The notes under the pieces were generated by a model. That model was not told where the DNA came from. It worked only from the letters and a program-made list of their open reading frames with translations, and searched no databases. Of a stretch of DNA of 64,000 nucleotides, positions 15,857 through 25,328 are shown in pieces. Where the stretch lies: the NCBI GenBank assembly GCA_039815565.1, contig JBCBZB010000001.1, positions 119,066 to 183,065 on the forward strand, given 5' to 3'. The translations under genes were made by a program, and so were the position numbers. Position 1 is the stretch's first letter. Each line of letters opens with the position of its first letter. This stretch comes from Planctomycetota bacterium (GTDB taxonomy: Bacteria; Planctomycetota; UBA1135; UBA2386).

Positions 15857-17609
15857 CCTCTGTCGGGGCGTTCTTGCCGCGATCGTTCTGAGTCCCCTCA
15901 CAGTCGCGGGCTCAGAACCTCAGGCCCTGCGTCCGGTCTATTTCAAGGTCTGCGACACCTTCGACGCCTTCGCGGAGTTTGAGGGATTCCGGGTCGACGG
16001 GATCCCGTTCTCGGCCCAAGCCTCGGAGCTCTTCGCTCGCTGTGAGGTGCGTGCGGCGTTTTCGCAGCCGCGCTCGCTCCTCGACCAGTGGTGGCGCGAG
16101 GCCGACGAGCGTTTGCCGGAGCATCTCGAGCGTCCCGGACGACTCGCCAACTGGTTCGAAGCTCGGATTCCGGGGGCTTCGTCGTCACTCGTGCACGACC
16201 GACTCGCCGTCGAGCTGAGTCGGTTGTTCTTCGTCGACGAAGCGTTCGTGATGCCTGAGGTGGTGACTCCTGAATTCCGAGCCGCCGAGCCTCGAGCTGT
16301 CGGCTTGCGAGGCGAGCAGGACCCGGCGAACGATTCTTCGACCAAGGAAGACGAGGCGACTCCGAACTTCCGTGGCATGCAGAGCTGGTTCGATCCGGCC
16401 CCGGTGGGATTCGGGCTCGAGCCGCTGGGCGCACTCGATGGGGTGCGTGGCGACAAGGTTCGCGTCTTCCACATCGAAGCGGATTGGGACGTCGAACACG
16501 AAGACCTGCAGTCGATCGGGGAGCATTCGATCGTCGTGCCGATTCCGCCTGGGTTGGAGCACGCTCGCAATCACGGCACGGGCGTCCTCGGGATCCTCTT
16601 TGCGACGGACAACGGGATCGGAATCACTGGGATCGCGGATCAAGCGGAGGGAAAGCTCCTGTGCACCGAGTCGATGCAGGGCACGCACAACGCCCTGGTC
16701 GCGACGATCCAGTACGGCGCGCCCGGTGACGTCGTGGTCTTGATCGGCCAGGTCAACGTCGGGCTTCAGCACGCGATCGACTTCGTTCCGGTTGAGTTCT
16801 TCCGCATCAACTTCGATGCGATCCTGACCGTGACCACTCAGGGGTTTCACGTCGTCGAGGCGGCCGGCAACGGTGAGAACGATCTCGACGACGAACGGTT
16901 CCACGGCTTGTTCGACCGTGCGGCGAGGGACTCTGGGGCGATCCTGGTGACAGGCAGCGAAGGCGCTGCGCTCGAGCCAGCGTGGATCGCCAACTACGGT
17001 TCCCGCTGCGACATCACGGGCTACGGCAACGATGCGGTGACGACTGGCTACGGAGGTCTGTTCCGGACCGGTGACCCGCGGCGGGCTTACGAGCATCGCT
17101 ATTCCGGGACCTCGGCTGCGACCGCGATGATGGGTGGGGTTGCCGCTTCGGTCTTGGGTGCTCACCGCACGCAGGGTCTCGAGGAGCCGTCGCCCGCCGA
17201 GCTTCGCGATTTGCTACGAGTCGGAGGCACGAGAATTCGGGGAGGGCTTCCACCGCGTCCGAACCTCGAAGCGATCCTGCGCTCGAAGGGGTTGCCGCGC
17301 GGGCTGTCGACGAGTTCGCAGCACGTGCGGGGATCACTCTCGTTGGAGTTCCCGGGTTTCGAAGGCCGGCCTGGGTTCGTTCTCGCGGGCACGGCATCCC
17401 TCGCTCCGACTGGCATGGGCGGTCTCCTCCTAGATCCCGATCGGATGTGGCCTGCGTTCAGTCTCTCGGCTCTCCCGACGAGCTACGAGATGGCCGTGCC
17501 GCGCCACCCGAGCCTGCTCGGGCACGACTTCTTCGCGCAGGTGTTCAGCCGCGAGTCCGGCGGAGGATTCGAGTTCAGCTCGACGATCGAGATCTCGGTG
17601 AAGTTCTGA
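15840..17609 (+). CDS. Secreted subtilisin-like serine peptidase (S8) with a C-terminal tail domain
   Basis: Catalytic His NHGTGVLGIL, oxyanion Asn EAAGNGEND and catalytic Ser YSGTSAATAMMGGVAASV. N-terminal signal-like MGRATDLCRGVLAAIVLSPLTVAGS. GGAGA lies 4 nt before the ATG. The gene overlaps the lpxI 3' end by 17 nt. Confidence 0.8.
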   Translation: MGRATDLCRGVLAAIVLSPLTVAGSEPQALRPVYFKVCDTFDAFAEFEGFRVDGIPFSAQASELFARCEVRAAFSQPRSLLDQWWREADERLPEHLERPGRLANWFEARIPGASSSLVHDRLAVELSRLFFVDEAFVMPEVVTPEFRAAEPRAVGLRGEQDPANDSSTKEDEATPNFRGMQSWFDPAPVGFGLEPLGALDGVRGDKVRVFHIEADWDVEHEDLQSIGEHSIVVPIPPGLEHARNHGTGVLGILFATDNGIGITGIADQAEGKLLCTESMQGTHNALVATIQYGAPGDVVVLIGQVNVGLQHAIDFVPVEFFRINFDAILTVTTQGFHVVEAAGNGENDLDDERFHGLFDRAARDSGAILVTGSEGAALEPAWIANYGSRCDITGYGNDAVTTGYGGLFRTGDPRRAYEHRYSGTSAATAMMGGVAASVLGAHRTQGLEEPSPAELRDLLRVGGTRIRGGLPPRPNLEAILRSKGLPRGLSTSSQHVRGSLSLEFPGFEGRPGFVLAGTASLAPTGMGGLLLDPDRMWPAFSLSALPTSYEMAVPRHPSLLGHDFFAQVFSRESGGGFEFSSTIEISVKF

Positions 17610-17732
17610 AGGCAGGGGGCCGATCCCGACGAGGATCCGGTCCTGACCGAGCAGACCCGGGCGGCCTGGCGGGCCCTGAGGTAGGGTTCGCACAGCGGCT
17701 CCCCGTTGTGAGCCTCCCTCGCGAGCGATCCG

Positions 17733-19934
17733 ATGACTCTTCAGAACGGCCGACTCGTCCAGCTCCTCGGCTGGGCCCTGATCGTTCTGCATCTCGGTGT
17801 CCTCACCTACCTCGTGACGGAGGTTCCGATCGGTGCCGACGAGCGGGTCTACCTGCTCGCCGGACGTTCGCTCCTCGAGGGCACAGACTGGTCGGTGCGC
17901 GAAGAGCTGTTCCAGGGACCGATTCCCCTTTGGGCGAACCAGATCTTCGCCGGGGACCTGAGTGACCTCGACGCTGGCACGATCCGCGCGCGCTACGGGA
18001 TGCTCCCGTTCTCGTTGATCCTGCTGGTCGTCCTGCGCGGATTTGCGAGCGAGGCGTACGGGCGGAAGGCCGGGCTGCTTGCAACGGTACTCGCGGCGTT
18101 CAGCCCAGCGCTCCTCGCCTGGGGTCCTCAGCTCACGGTCGACACCAGCTTGACCGCGTTCCTGACGCTCAGCTGGTGGTTGTTGTGGCGATGGCTGCAG
18201 AAGCCGACGCCGGTTCGACTGCTGGGGTTTGGCGCGGCACTCGGTCTCGCATTCGCGACAAAGTACGCAGCGCTCGTCCTCTCACTCGGGATTCCGTTGA
18301 TCGTGATTGCTGCCTGTCTCCGGGGCTTCGATCCACTCGGAGCCGCACCAGGCTCAAGTGAGAACGAGGTCCAGGATGGGCGGGTACGCGGCCTGTGGCC
18401 GCGTCTGCTCTGGTCCGGGGGGTTCCTAGTCGGAGCCCTGGCGATCGCGGTCTTCGTCCTGCATGCCGCCTACGGATTCCGCGCCCCGCGTTTTGAGGCC
18501 GAAGGCTTCGAATACCTCTCTGGCCTGATCGGGGGTGTCGCCAAGATCCCCGGCGCAGAACTTGGGTTCGAACTCCTCCCAAGGCCCTTCCTCGAAGGCA
18601 TCGACTATCAGGCCTCGGTCTCCAAGGAGCTTGCGGGGACCTTCGGCACGCTGCGGAAGAGCCACTGGGCCTATTACCCGATGTCGCTCGTCACGAAGTT
18701 GCCGCTCGGGACGATGGCCTTGGTCCTCGCGTCGCTGTTGTTCGCCCGGTCGAGACACGGCACGCGCGGAACCGAGTTCGTCTGGTCGATTCCCGCACTC
18801 GTGTTCCTCGGCTACATGAGTTTCGCCAACAACCTGCAAGGCGGACTGCGATACCTGTTGCCGGTCTTGCCGTTACTACACCTGCGGGCGTCCGCACTTG
18901 CATCCGCAGAGATCCGGAATCCGGCCTTCCGCCGAGTCCGGAGCGGCTTCGTCGGAGTCGCGGTCGGCTTCGTGATCGTATCGACGGCCGGAGCGGCACC
19001 GCACTTCACTGGCTACTTCAACGAAGCCGTCGGTGGACCGGTCGGGGGGATGCGCTGGTTTGGTGGACAGAACTGCGACTGGCTGGGTCAGTATCGCGAG
19101 CGCGGACGCGCCGAATTGGGTGAGCAGGATTCGAGTCTCGTGTTCCTCGAAGAGACCTCGGGTGCGCGCTTCGGACGCGTTGCGGCCTACGTCTCCGATC
19201 TCAAGCGTCCAGACCGACTCGACGACTCGCGCACCTACCACTGGCTCGATCGATTCGAGCCCGTCGATCACTACGCGGCGGCTTGGTTTGTCTACGAGGT
19301 GTCGGCCGACGACTTCGCTGCCGCGCGAGATGCGGGCGATCGCCGAGCAGATCTCGATCTCGCCGTGGCCGAAGCGCGAAACGGTGACTTTGGAGCGGCG
19401 CGACAGGCTCTGGCTCAGGCCCGTGATTCAGAGTTCGCGGACGCAGCCGAGTCGCTCCGAGTGGCGCTCGGGTCGTTGGAAGCCGGCGCGTCGGACCCGA
19501 CGCTGGCGATCGTCGCGGCGACCCAGCTGGCGTCGCTGGGGGAAGCGGACCTGGTCGTGCCACTGCTCGACCGATTGAGCGAGATTCCTGCCGAACTGCG
19601 GTTCCAGGTGCTCTACCAGTCGGGCGCTCAGATCGAGGCCCTGCAGTTCGCCCGCCGAACCGTCGCGGAACGGCCGCTGACGCCGGTCGAGACGCTGACC
19701 TTCGCCTCTGGGCTGTATTGGCGCAGCAAGGTGCTCGAAGCGGACGCGCTGATGTCGTCGCAGGAACCGCCGCCCGAGGAGTCGCCCCTCCGCCAGAAAT
19801 GGGACGAACTTCGTGCAGAGATCGCGCGAGTCGCGGACAGTCGGCGCAGAATGAACTCGAGTCGATCCTCCCCCGACTCCCCTTCGACCGCCCCCCGAGA
19901 CGTCCAGCGAGACGTCGACCAGCAAGACGGCTGA
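17733..19934 (+). CDS. GT-C fold membrane glycosyltransferase (ArnT / PMT, GT39/83-like) with a C-terminal helical-repeat domain
   Basis: At least 10 TM segments. The first extracytoplasmic loop carries a DE motif (IGADERVYLLAGRSLLEG), as in ArnT/PMT enzymes. The C-terminal 230 aa or so are TPR-like (DLDLAVAEARNGDFGAARQALAQA...). Confidence 0.65.
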   Translation: MTLQNGRLVQLLGWALIVLHLGVLTYLVTEVPIGADERVYLLAGRSLLEGTDWSVREELFQGPIPLWANQIFAGDLSDLDAGTIRARYGMLPFSLILLVVLRGFASEAYGRKAGLLATVLAAFSPALLAWGPQLTVDTSLTAFLTLSWWLLWRWLQKPTPVRLLGFGAALGLAFATKYAALVLSLGIPLIVIAACLRGFDPLGAAPGSSENEVQDGRVRGLWPRLLWSGGFLVGALAIAVFVLHAAYGFRAPRFEAEGFEYLSGLIGGVAKIPGAELGFELLPRPFLEGIDYQASVSKELAGTFGTLRKSHWAYYPMSLVTKLPLGTMALVLASLLFARSRHGTRGTEFVWSIPALVFLGYMSFANNLQGGLRYLLPVLPLLHLRASALASAEIRNPAFRRVRSGFVGVAVGFVIVSTAGAAPHFTGYFNEAVGGPVGGMRWFGGQNCDWLGQYRERGRAELGEQDSSLVFLEETSGARFGRVAAYVSDLKRPDRLDDSRTYHWLDRFEPVDHYAAAWFVYEVSADDFAAARDAGDRRADLDLAVAEARNGDFGAARQALAQARDSEFADAAESLRVALGSLEAGASDPTLAIVAATQLASLGEADLVVPLLDRLSEIPAELRFQVLYQSGAQIEALQFARRTVAERPLTPVETLTFASGLYWRSKVLEADALMSSQEPPPEESPLRQKWDELRAEIARVADSRRRMNSSRSSPDSPSTAPRDVQRDVDQQDG

Positions 19935-19938
19935 CCCC

Positions 19939-20721
19939 GTGACCGCCGACCAGAACAGCAGACCGCGCGTCGCGATCGTGATGCCGGCCTACAACGCCGA
20001 GAAGACCCTCGAGGCGACCCTCAACGACATCCCCGAGGGTTGCTACGAGTGGTTGATCGTCGGTGATGATTGCAGCCAGGATGGCACCGTCGAGCTGGCG
20101 AAGAAGCTCGGACTCGATGTCGTGAAGACGCCCGAGAACAAGGGCTATGGCGGCAACCAGAAGATGATCTACCGCGAGGCGCTGGAGCGTGGTGCGGACA
20201 TCGTCGTGATGCTGCACCCGGACAATCAGTACGACGCGCGGCTGATTCCATACTTCACCGGCTTCCTCGAGACGGGCGTCTGCGACGTCATCCTCGGTAA
20301 TCGTGTGCAGTCGCGGCAGGCCTGCATCAAGGGCGGGATGCCGGTGTGGAAGTATCTCAGCAACCGCTTGCTGACGATCTTCCTCAACATGGTCTTCGGC
20401 ACGAACCAAGGCGAGTTCCACTCCGGCTTCCGTGCCTACCGTCGCGAAGTTCTCGAGACGATCCCGTTCGAGAAGAACAGCGACGCGTTCGGCTTCGACG
20501 CGCAGTTCCTCGCGCAGTCGCGCTGGTTCGGATTCAAGATCGCGAACGCGCCGATGCCGGTGCGTTACTTCAAGGAAGCCTCGTCGATCCGGTTCTGGCC
20601 GTCGGTCCGGTACGGCTTCGTGAACCTGCACGCCGCGTTCTTCTACACACTCCGCAAGATCGGCATCCGCAGCAAGTGGTTCGAGAAGCGCGAGCCGAGC
20701 ACGCAGGAAGCCCAAGCCTGA
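19939..20721 (+). CDS. GT2 polyprenyl-phosphate glycosyltransferase (Ppm1 / GtrB / ArnC-like)
   Basis: VAIVMPAYNAEKTLEATL, LIVGDDCSQDGTVELA, ENKGYGGNQK, VVMLHPDNQYD. The gene starts with GTG 5 nt after the upstream stop. Confidence 0.85.
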   Translation: MTADQNSRPRVAIVMPAYNAEKTLEATLNDIPEGCYEWLIVGDDCSQDGTVELAKKLGLDVVKTPENKGYGGNQKMIYREALERGADIVVMLHPDNQYDARLIPYFTGFLETGVCDVILGNRVQSRQACIKGGMPVWKYLSNRLLTIFLNMVFGTNQGEFHSGFRAYRREVLETIPFEKNSDAFGFDAQFLAQSRWFGFKIANAPMPVRYFKEASSIRFWPSVRYGFVNLHAAFFYTLRKIGIRSKWFEKREPSTQEAQA

Positions 20722-20726
20722 GCCGG

Positions 20727-22157
20727 ATGCCCGTGCTGCGCGATCTCGCAACCGCGCTCGCCCTGACGGTGGCCCTCGGGGCGATCTGGTTCCTCGCCTT
20801 CCAAGGGCGGATCTACGGCAACGACGGTGCGATGCTCGCGGACTGGGCTGCCGGCTCGGTTCCGGTCGCCGCGAGCTACCACAACCCGCTCTTCGTCCGG
20901 ACCGAGGCCTTCGTGTCGTCGGTGTGGAGCGGGGAACGCGACGTCTGGGACCCACTCCGCGGGATGAGCGCCTTCGCGATGGCGATCGGCATCGGCGCCG
21001 CGTTCCTGACCGCGCGCCGGCTCGGAGCGGCTTTCGGCTCCGCTCTGCTCGGGGCCCTGTTCCTCGCGGGCACGCCGATGGTCACGTTCTTCGCGACCTG
21101 CTTCGAGGTCCACGGGCTGCACTTCGCGATCTGTGCTCTGGCAGCCCTGATCACGGTGCTGGCTCCTTGGAGACTGACCTGGGTTGCGGCTGCTCTTTCG
21201 GCGGTGGCCCTCGGCTGCACATATCTCAGTCACCAGGCCGCACCCGCACTCGGGCCCGGCTTCGTGGTCCTCGCAACCTGGCGACGCGCCCAGCTCGCCT
21301 CGAGACATGAGGGTCTGAAGCCATTCACACCCGTCGAGTTCCTCGGCGTCGGTGCGATCCTGCTCGCTGGCCTCCTGCTCGGTCATGCGACAAACGGTTG
21401 GTTGCGCGGAGACGGCTTCGGACTCGATCTCGGCTTCGTCGGGGACAAGGTCACGTTCTGGAAGCGTCCCTTCGGCGCTTGGATGATCTGGGAGGGCTTC
21501 GTGCAGCCGCTCGCGCTCGCGCTGCCGCTCGGACTCTGGGTGACCTTCAAGGGCTTGCGCGGTGGTGGCGAATGCCGAGGACTCGGGGCCAGCTTCCTGG
21601 TGTTCTTCGCACCCCTGGTCGCGTTCGTACTCTGGTGGGGCATCCCGGAGCGTGGCGGCTATCTGCTCGGACCGGCCTTCCTGCTCGCCGTGATGCTCGC
21701 GAGGTCAGGCTTTGACAAACGTGTGCTGGCTGGAATCGTCGCGTTGCAGATCGTGGTCGGTGCGGGGGAGACCCGGCGCTTTGATGTGCAGGGATTCCAG
21801 CTCGAGGACCGTACGAAGCGGTTCGAGCAGCATCTCGATGGCGGGCGTTACGTGTTGTCGTTCAACGACAACGCTCCGAGCATCGCGGCCCGTCTTGACG
21901 AAGTGCTCGAACTCCAGCTGGTCCGCTCGGCGCCCGAGGAGCTCGCCGATACCGAGCGATGGGTGGAGCGGACGATCGCGGCGCTCGCGTACGGAACATC
22001 GCTCGGTCCGGTCTTGTTCGAACGGTCCTACCGACTGCGCCCGCACCTCCCGTTCACCGAGCAGATCGACGCGCTCGAGGCCGCCATTCGCGAACGCTTC
22101 GACGTCGAAGAGCTGCCCGACGATTCGTGGCCGATGTGGCGGTTGCGGGCGAAGTGA
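20727..22157 (+). CDS. Polytopic membrane protein with a soluble C-terminal domain (possible second GT-C-like component)
   Basis: Start moved to ATG 20727 (MPVLRDLATALALTVALGAIWFLAF), 6 nt after the GT2 stop. It has about 10 hydrophobic segments and then a hydrophilic domain of about 130 aa. The track ORF's first 127 codons overlap the GT2 gene in another frame. Confidence 0.75.
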   Translation: MPVLRDLATALALTVALGAIWFLAFQGRIYGNDGAMLADWAAGSVPVAASYHNPLFVRTEAFVSSVWSGERDVWDPLRGMSAFAMAIGIGAAFLTARRLGAAFGSALLGALFLAGTPMVTFFATCFEVHGLHFAICALAALITVLAPWRLTWVAAALSAVALGCTYLSHQAAPALGPGFVVLATWRRAQLASRHEGLKPFTPVEFLGVGAILLAGLLLGHATNGWLRGDGFGLDLGFVGDKVTFWKRPFGAWMIWEGFVQPLALALPLGLWVTFKGLRGGGECRGLGASFLVFFAPLVAFVLWWGIPERGGYLLGPAFLLAVMLARSGFDKRVLAGIVALQIVVGAGETRRFDVQGFQLEDRTKRFEQHLDGGRYVLSFNDNAPSIAARLDEVLELQLVRSAPEELADTERWVERTIAALAYGTSLGPVLFERSYRLRPHLPFTEQIDALEAAIRERFDVEELPDDSWPMWRLRAK

Positions 22158-22270
22158 TCCTGGTTGTCAGTCATCGGGCGAGGATGGGTGGCGCATGCGA
22201 GGGACTCCCCCAAGCGCCGGCTCGTGGCTACAACCCTATAAGGTATTGGAGAGTCACCCCTCACTCCGAC

Positions 22271-23452
22271 ATGCAAACGCACTCGCACCTGCGTTGCGCC
22301 GGACCCCTCGCACTGTCCGTCGCATGTTCCGTCTTCGCCCTGGGCTGTTCGAACAGCGGAGGTGGCGCTTCACCGACGCCTGCGGCGACGGTCGGCTCCG
22401 CGATGCTCGGACCGGCTGGCGGCATCGTCGTCGTCGACTCCGGACCCTTCGCGGGTGCGGAGTTGGTGGTTCCCGCCGGCGCGTTGGACGACACGACGGA
22501 GATCCGGATCGTCGAGTCGCCGGACACCTCGTTCGGAGGCGGGCAGCCGGTGGATCTCGATCTTCGCGGAACCGTGCCTGCGTCCGCGCTGCTCGGCCTC
22601 GAGCCGAGTGGTCTCCTGCTGAACGAGCGGGCGACGATCACCCTGCCGGGAGGCTTCGTCCCGGATCCGGTGGGCGGTGGCGACCCGCTCGCGCGCCGCG
22701 AGAAGCTGATGTTCCTTCGTCCGTCGAGCGGTGACGTCCAGGAGGCGTTCTTGGCGGCCGACGGATCGTGGCAGATTGACGAACTGGGCATCGTGTTCGC
22801 GGTGAGCTATGGCGGCGACATCCCGTTCCCGTCAGAGCAGTTCCTGCCGAACCGTCCGAACGAAGTCTATGACTTCGATCCGCTCCTCGTGCTGATCGAA
22901 GAAGCATCCCGCCTGAGTGGTATCGACGACGACGGCGTCTTCGTCTTCTCGCAGACAACGGGACGACGACTCGCTCAGTCCGGCGGGACGTCTGGAATTC
23001 CGCCCGCTCGACCGCCGCTGTCCGACGACTTCCTCGTGCTCGAGCCGGGAGCTGATGGCTCGATCAACACCTTGGGTTTCGGAACGCGCTACACCGTGGC
23101 ACCGCCACAAACGGGCGACGAGTTGATTCGGGTGACCGGGTCTCCACTGCGGGTCTTGCCGGCCACCGTGACGACTGGAGTCGCGCTACCTCCGCAGACC
23201 GACGGCGAGATCTCGCTCTCGGTTACCTTTGGAGTTCGCGAGCCGTTCGAAACGCCGGGTGGCCGGTTCCCCGACACACTGCCAGTGAGCTTGCAGTTTT
23301 CGGGTGTTCGGGAAGCACGTTTCGACTTCGTCCTCGCCTTCGGACAGGGGCCGATCGCGACCCGGATCAGCGGTGGTCTCGGAGCAACCGATGGCGTCTT
23401 CGCGCGCTTCCTGACCGGTGCCCGGTCGAGCGGTCGAATTCAGGATCGCTAA
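22271..23452 (+). CDS. Lipoprotein, function unknown
   Basis: Start moved to ATG 22271. Signal plus lipobox: MQTHSHLRCAGPLALSVACSVFALGC-SNSGGG. The remainder is beta-rich. Confidence 0.75.
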   Translation: MQTHSHLRCAGPLALSVACSVFALGCSNSGGGASPTPAATVGSAMLGPAGGIVVVDSGPFAGAELVVPAGALDDTTEIRIVESPDTSFGGGQPVDLDLRGTVPASALLGLEPSGLLLNERATITLPGGFVPDPVGGGDPLARREKLMFLRPSSGDVQEAFLAADGSWQIDELGIVFAVSYGGDIPFPSEQFLPNRPNEVYDFDPLLVLIEEASRLSGIDDDGVFVFSQTTGRRLAQSGGTSGIPPARPPLSDDFLVLEPGADGSINTLGFGTRYTVAPPQTGDELIRVTGSPLRVLPATVTTGVALPPQTDGEISLSVTFGVREPFETPGGRFPDTLPVSLQFSGVREARFDFVLAFGQGPIATRISGGLGATDGVFARFLTGARSSGRIQDR

Positions 23453-23469
23453 GGCGTTCTCGCGCCCGT

Positions 23470-23643
23470 TCAGAGTGCTCCGCAACGCACCATGCCCATG
23501 CCCAGGATCGCGAGGATCCACAGATAGAAGGCGAGGGCACCCATCGACTCGGCTTCGCTGTAGTCGGCGCCCCGCATGCGGCGGTAGCGCGAGACCGGGG
23601 CCTTGATGTTCGAGAGGTCGATCTTCTTGCGACGGTGTCCCAT
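23470..23643 (-). CDS. Possible 57-aa single-pass membrane protein
   Basis: Too short for the ORF track. My translation is MGHRRKKIDLSNIKAPVSRYRRMRGADYSEAESMGALAFYLWILAILGMGMVRCGAL, a basic N-terminus plus one TM helix. GC3 is high. Confidence 0.4.
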   Translation of the reverse strand: MGHRRKKIDLSNIKAPVSRYRRMRGADYSEAESMGALAFYLWILAILGMGMVRCGAL

Positions 23644-23841
23644 GGCTTCGGTTGCCAGGGGCTATGTGGCTCAGCGGTTCGGATTCAGGTGATGGACCCC
23701 GATCGAGCGTGAAGCTCGATGCCCGCGTTCGCGGGTCGTGTTGTCGCGCGCTTGGGTGAATACACTCGGAGTCGTCGGTAGCCGGCGCTCGGTTCTGCGC
23801 GGAGAGTCGCAGGTCGGGGGTTCGCCCGAAGCGACTTCGTC

Positions 23842-24708
23842 ATGAGCACTTCGAACCTCGACGCCCTGATCCCGCCCGAGATGGCCAAGAAGGCGGAGGC
23901 CGTCGGCGAGGCCAAGGCCAAGATGCCGGTACGACAGATGTTTGTGCTGTCGGTCCTCGCTGGCGCGTTCATTGCCCTCGGTGCGATGTTCTCGACGACG
24001 GCGACGACCGGCCTGTCGTCAATCCTGCCCTACGGTCTGACGCGGGTGGTTGCAGGGCTGACGTTCAGCCTCGGCCTCGTGCTTGTCGTTGTCGCCGGGG
24101 CCGAGTTGTTCACCGGCAACAACCTCGTCGTCATGGCTTGGGCGAGTGGTCGCGTGAAGACCTACGAACTGCTCGGTGGCTGGGCACTCGTCTACATCGG
24201 CAACTTCCTTGGCGCCGTGGCGACGGCGTGGCTGGTGTTTCAGTCGCGGCTGCACGAATCGGCGGGTGGTGACGTCGGCGACCTGGCCGTGGCGATCGCA
24301 GCGCAGAAGTGCGAGCTTGGATTCTGGACCGCGTTCGTTCGCGGGGTCCTCTGCAATGGGCTCGTCTGCCTCGCCGTCTGGCTGTCGTTCAGTGCGCGTA
24401 CGACGACCGACCGGATCCTAGCGATCGTCGGACCGGTCACAGCCTTCGTCGCCTGCGGCTTCGAGCACTCGGTCGCGAACATGTACTTCATCCCGCACGG
24501 GATCTGGGTGGATCAGGTACCCGAGGCGTCGAGCGCGACGGCGTTCTTCACGCGGCCCGAGCGCGTGTCCGGCCCGAGCTGGAGTGGCTTCCTCGACAAC
24601 CTCTTCCCGGTCACGCTCGGCAACATGGTCGGCGGGGGTGGCCTGGTCGGGATGATCTATTGGTGGGTCTACCGGGTCGGGGCGAAGCCGGACCAACCGG
24701 CGGAATGA
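23842..24708 (+). CDS. Formate/nitrite transporter family channel (FNT; FocA/NirC-like)
   Basis: FVLSVLAGAFIALGAMF, AGAELFTGNNLVVMAW, and CGFEHSVANMYFIP (the central His region of FNT channels). Confidence 0.9.
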   Translation: MSTSNLDALIPPEMAKKAEAVGEAKAKMPVRQMFVLSVLAGAFIALGAMFSTTATTGLSSILPYGLTRVVAGLTFSLGLVLVVVAGAELFTGNNLVVMAWASGRVKTYELLGGWALVYIGNFLGAVATAWLVFQSRLHESAGGDVGDLAVAIAAQKCELGFWTAFVRGVLCNGLVCLAVWLSFSARTTTDRILAIVGPVTAFVACGFEHSVANMYFIPHGIWVDQVPEASSATAFFTRPERVSGPSWSGFLDNLFPVTLGNMVGGGGLVGMIYWWVYRVGAKPDQPAE

Positions 24709-24817
24709 GTTGCTGACCTAGGCTCTCGGCCGGTGCCCCGCGGGACCCTGCCGAGAAATCCCGGGAACCGGAATCCGAGAGGTGACGTCCTCGGGCGGAC
24801 CAATTGATTCACGTGCC

Positions 24818-25255
24818 ATGATCCGACTTCTCGCCGCTCTCCTCGTTCTTCTCGCCGCTTGCTCGACGCCACCCGCGTCGGACACTCCGACCGACCCAGC
24901 TCCCGAAGGTCCCGGCATCGACCGAATCGTCGTGACCTACAGCCCCTCGGGCCGCATGCAATCCGACGACGTTCAGTCGGTGACGATCGACGAGCCCGAA
25001 CGCATCGCGCTGTGGATGTCCGTGCTGGCGGCAGTGCCGGACCAGCCCGAGCGGGGTATCCGCTACATCCGGTTTGGACCCAGCGTGCCCGAGCACCGGG
25101 TGCAGTTCTTCAGCGGGGAGGAGGTCGTCGAGTTTCGGCGACTGAAGGGCGGTCACATGGACGTCGCGGAGGCTCCCGGCTGGGCGTTCTACAGCGGCGA
25201 GGACGAAGAGTTCGCGGCACTGGTCACCGAAGCCGCGCCGACGAACCGACCCTGA
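24818..25255 (+). CDS. Small lipoprotein, function unknown
   Basis: Start set to ATG 24818. Signal plus lipobox: MIRLLAALLVLLAAC-STPPASDTP. Confidence 0.7.
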   Translation: MIRLLAALLVLLAACSTPPASDTPTDPAPEGPGIDRIVVTYSPSGRMQSDDVQSVTIDEPERIALWMSVLAAVPDQPERGIRYIRFGPSVPEHRVQFFSGEEVVEFRRLKGGHMDVAEAPGWAFYSGEDEEFAALVTEAAPTNRP

Positions 25256-25328
25256 GTAGGCTCCCTCGTGACTCCGGGCGCTCGAATCGGGATGCCCAAC
25301 CAAGCCGACCGATCTCTCGATACCGGCG

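Noticed and set aside
23658-23685. tRNA-like 5' string GGGGCTATGTGGCTCAGCGGTTCGG in the FNT upstream region. I also considered a riboswitch in the roughly 200-nt leader.
   Set aside because: I could not find a complementary acceptor 3' strand, a D-stem, an anticodon arm or a T-arm (GTTCRANYC) downstream. The leader matches no riboswitch consensus I know, such as the fluoride crcB motif. It is left as plain intergenic DNA.
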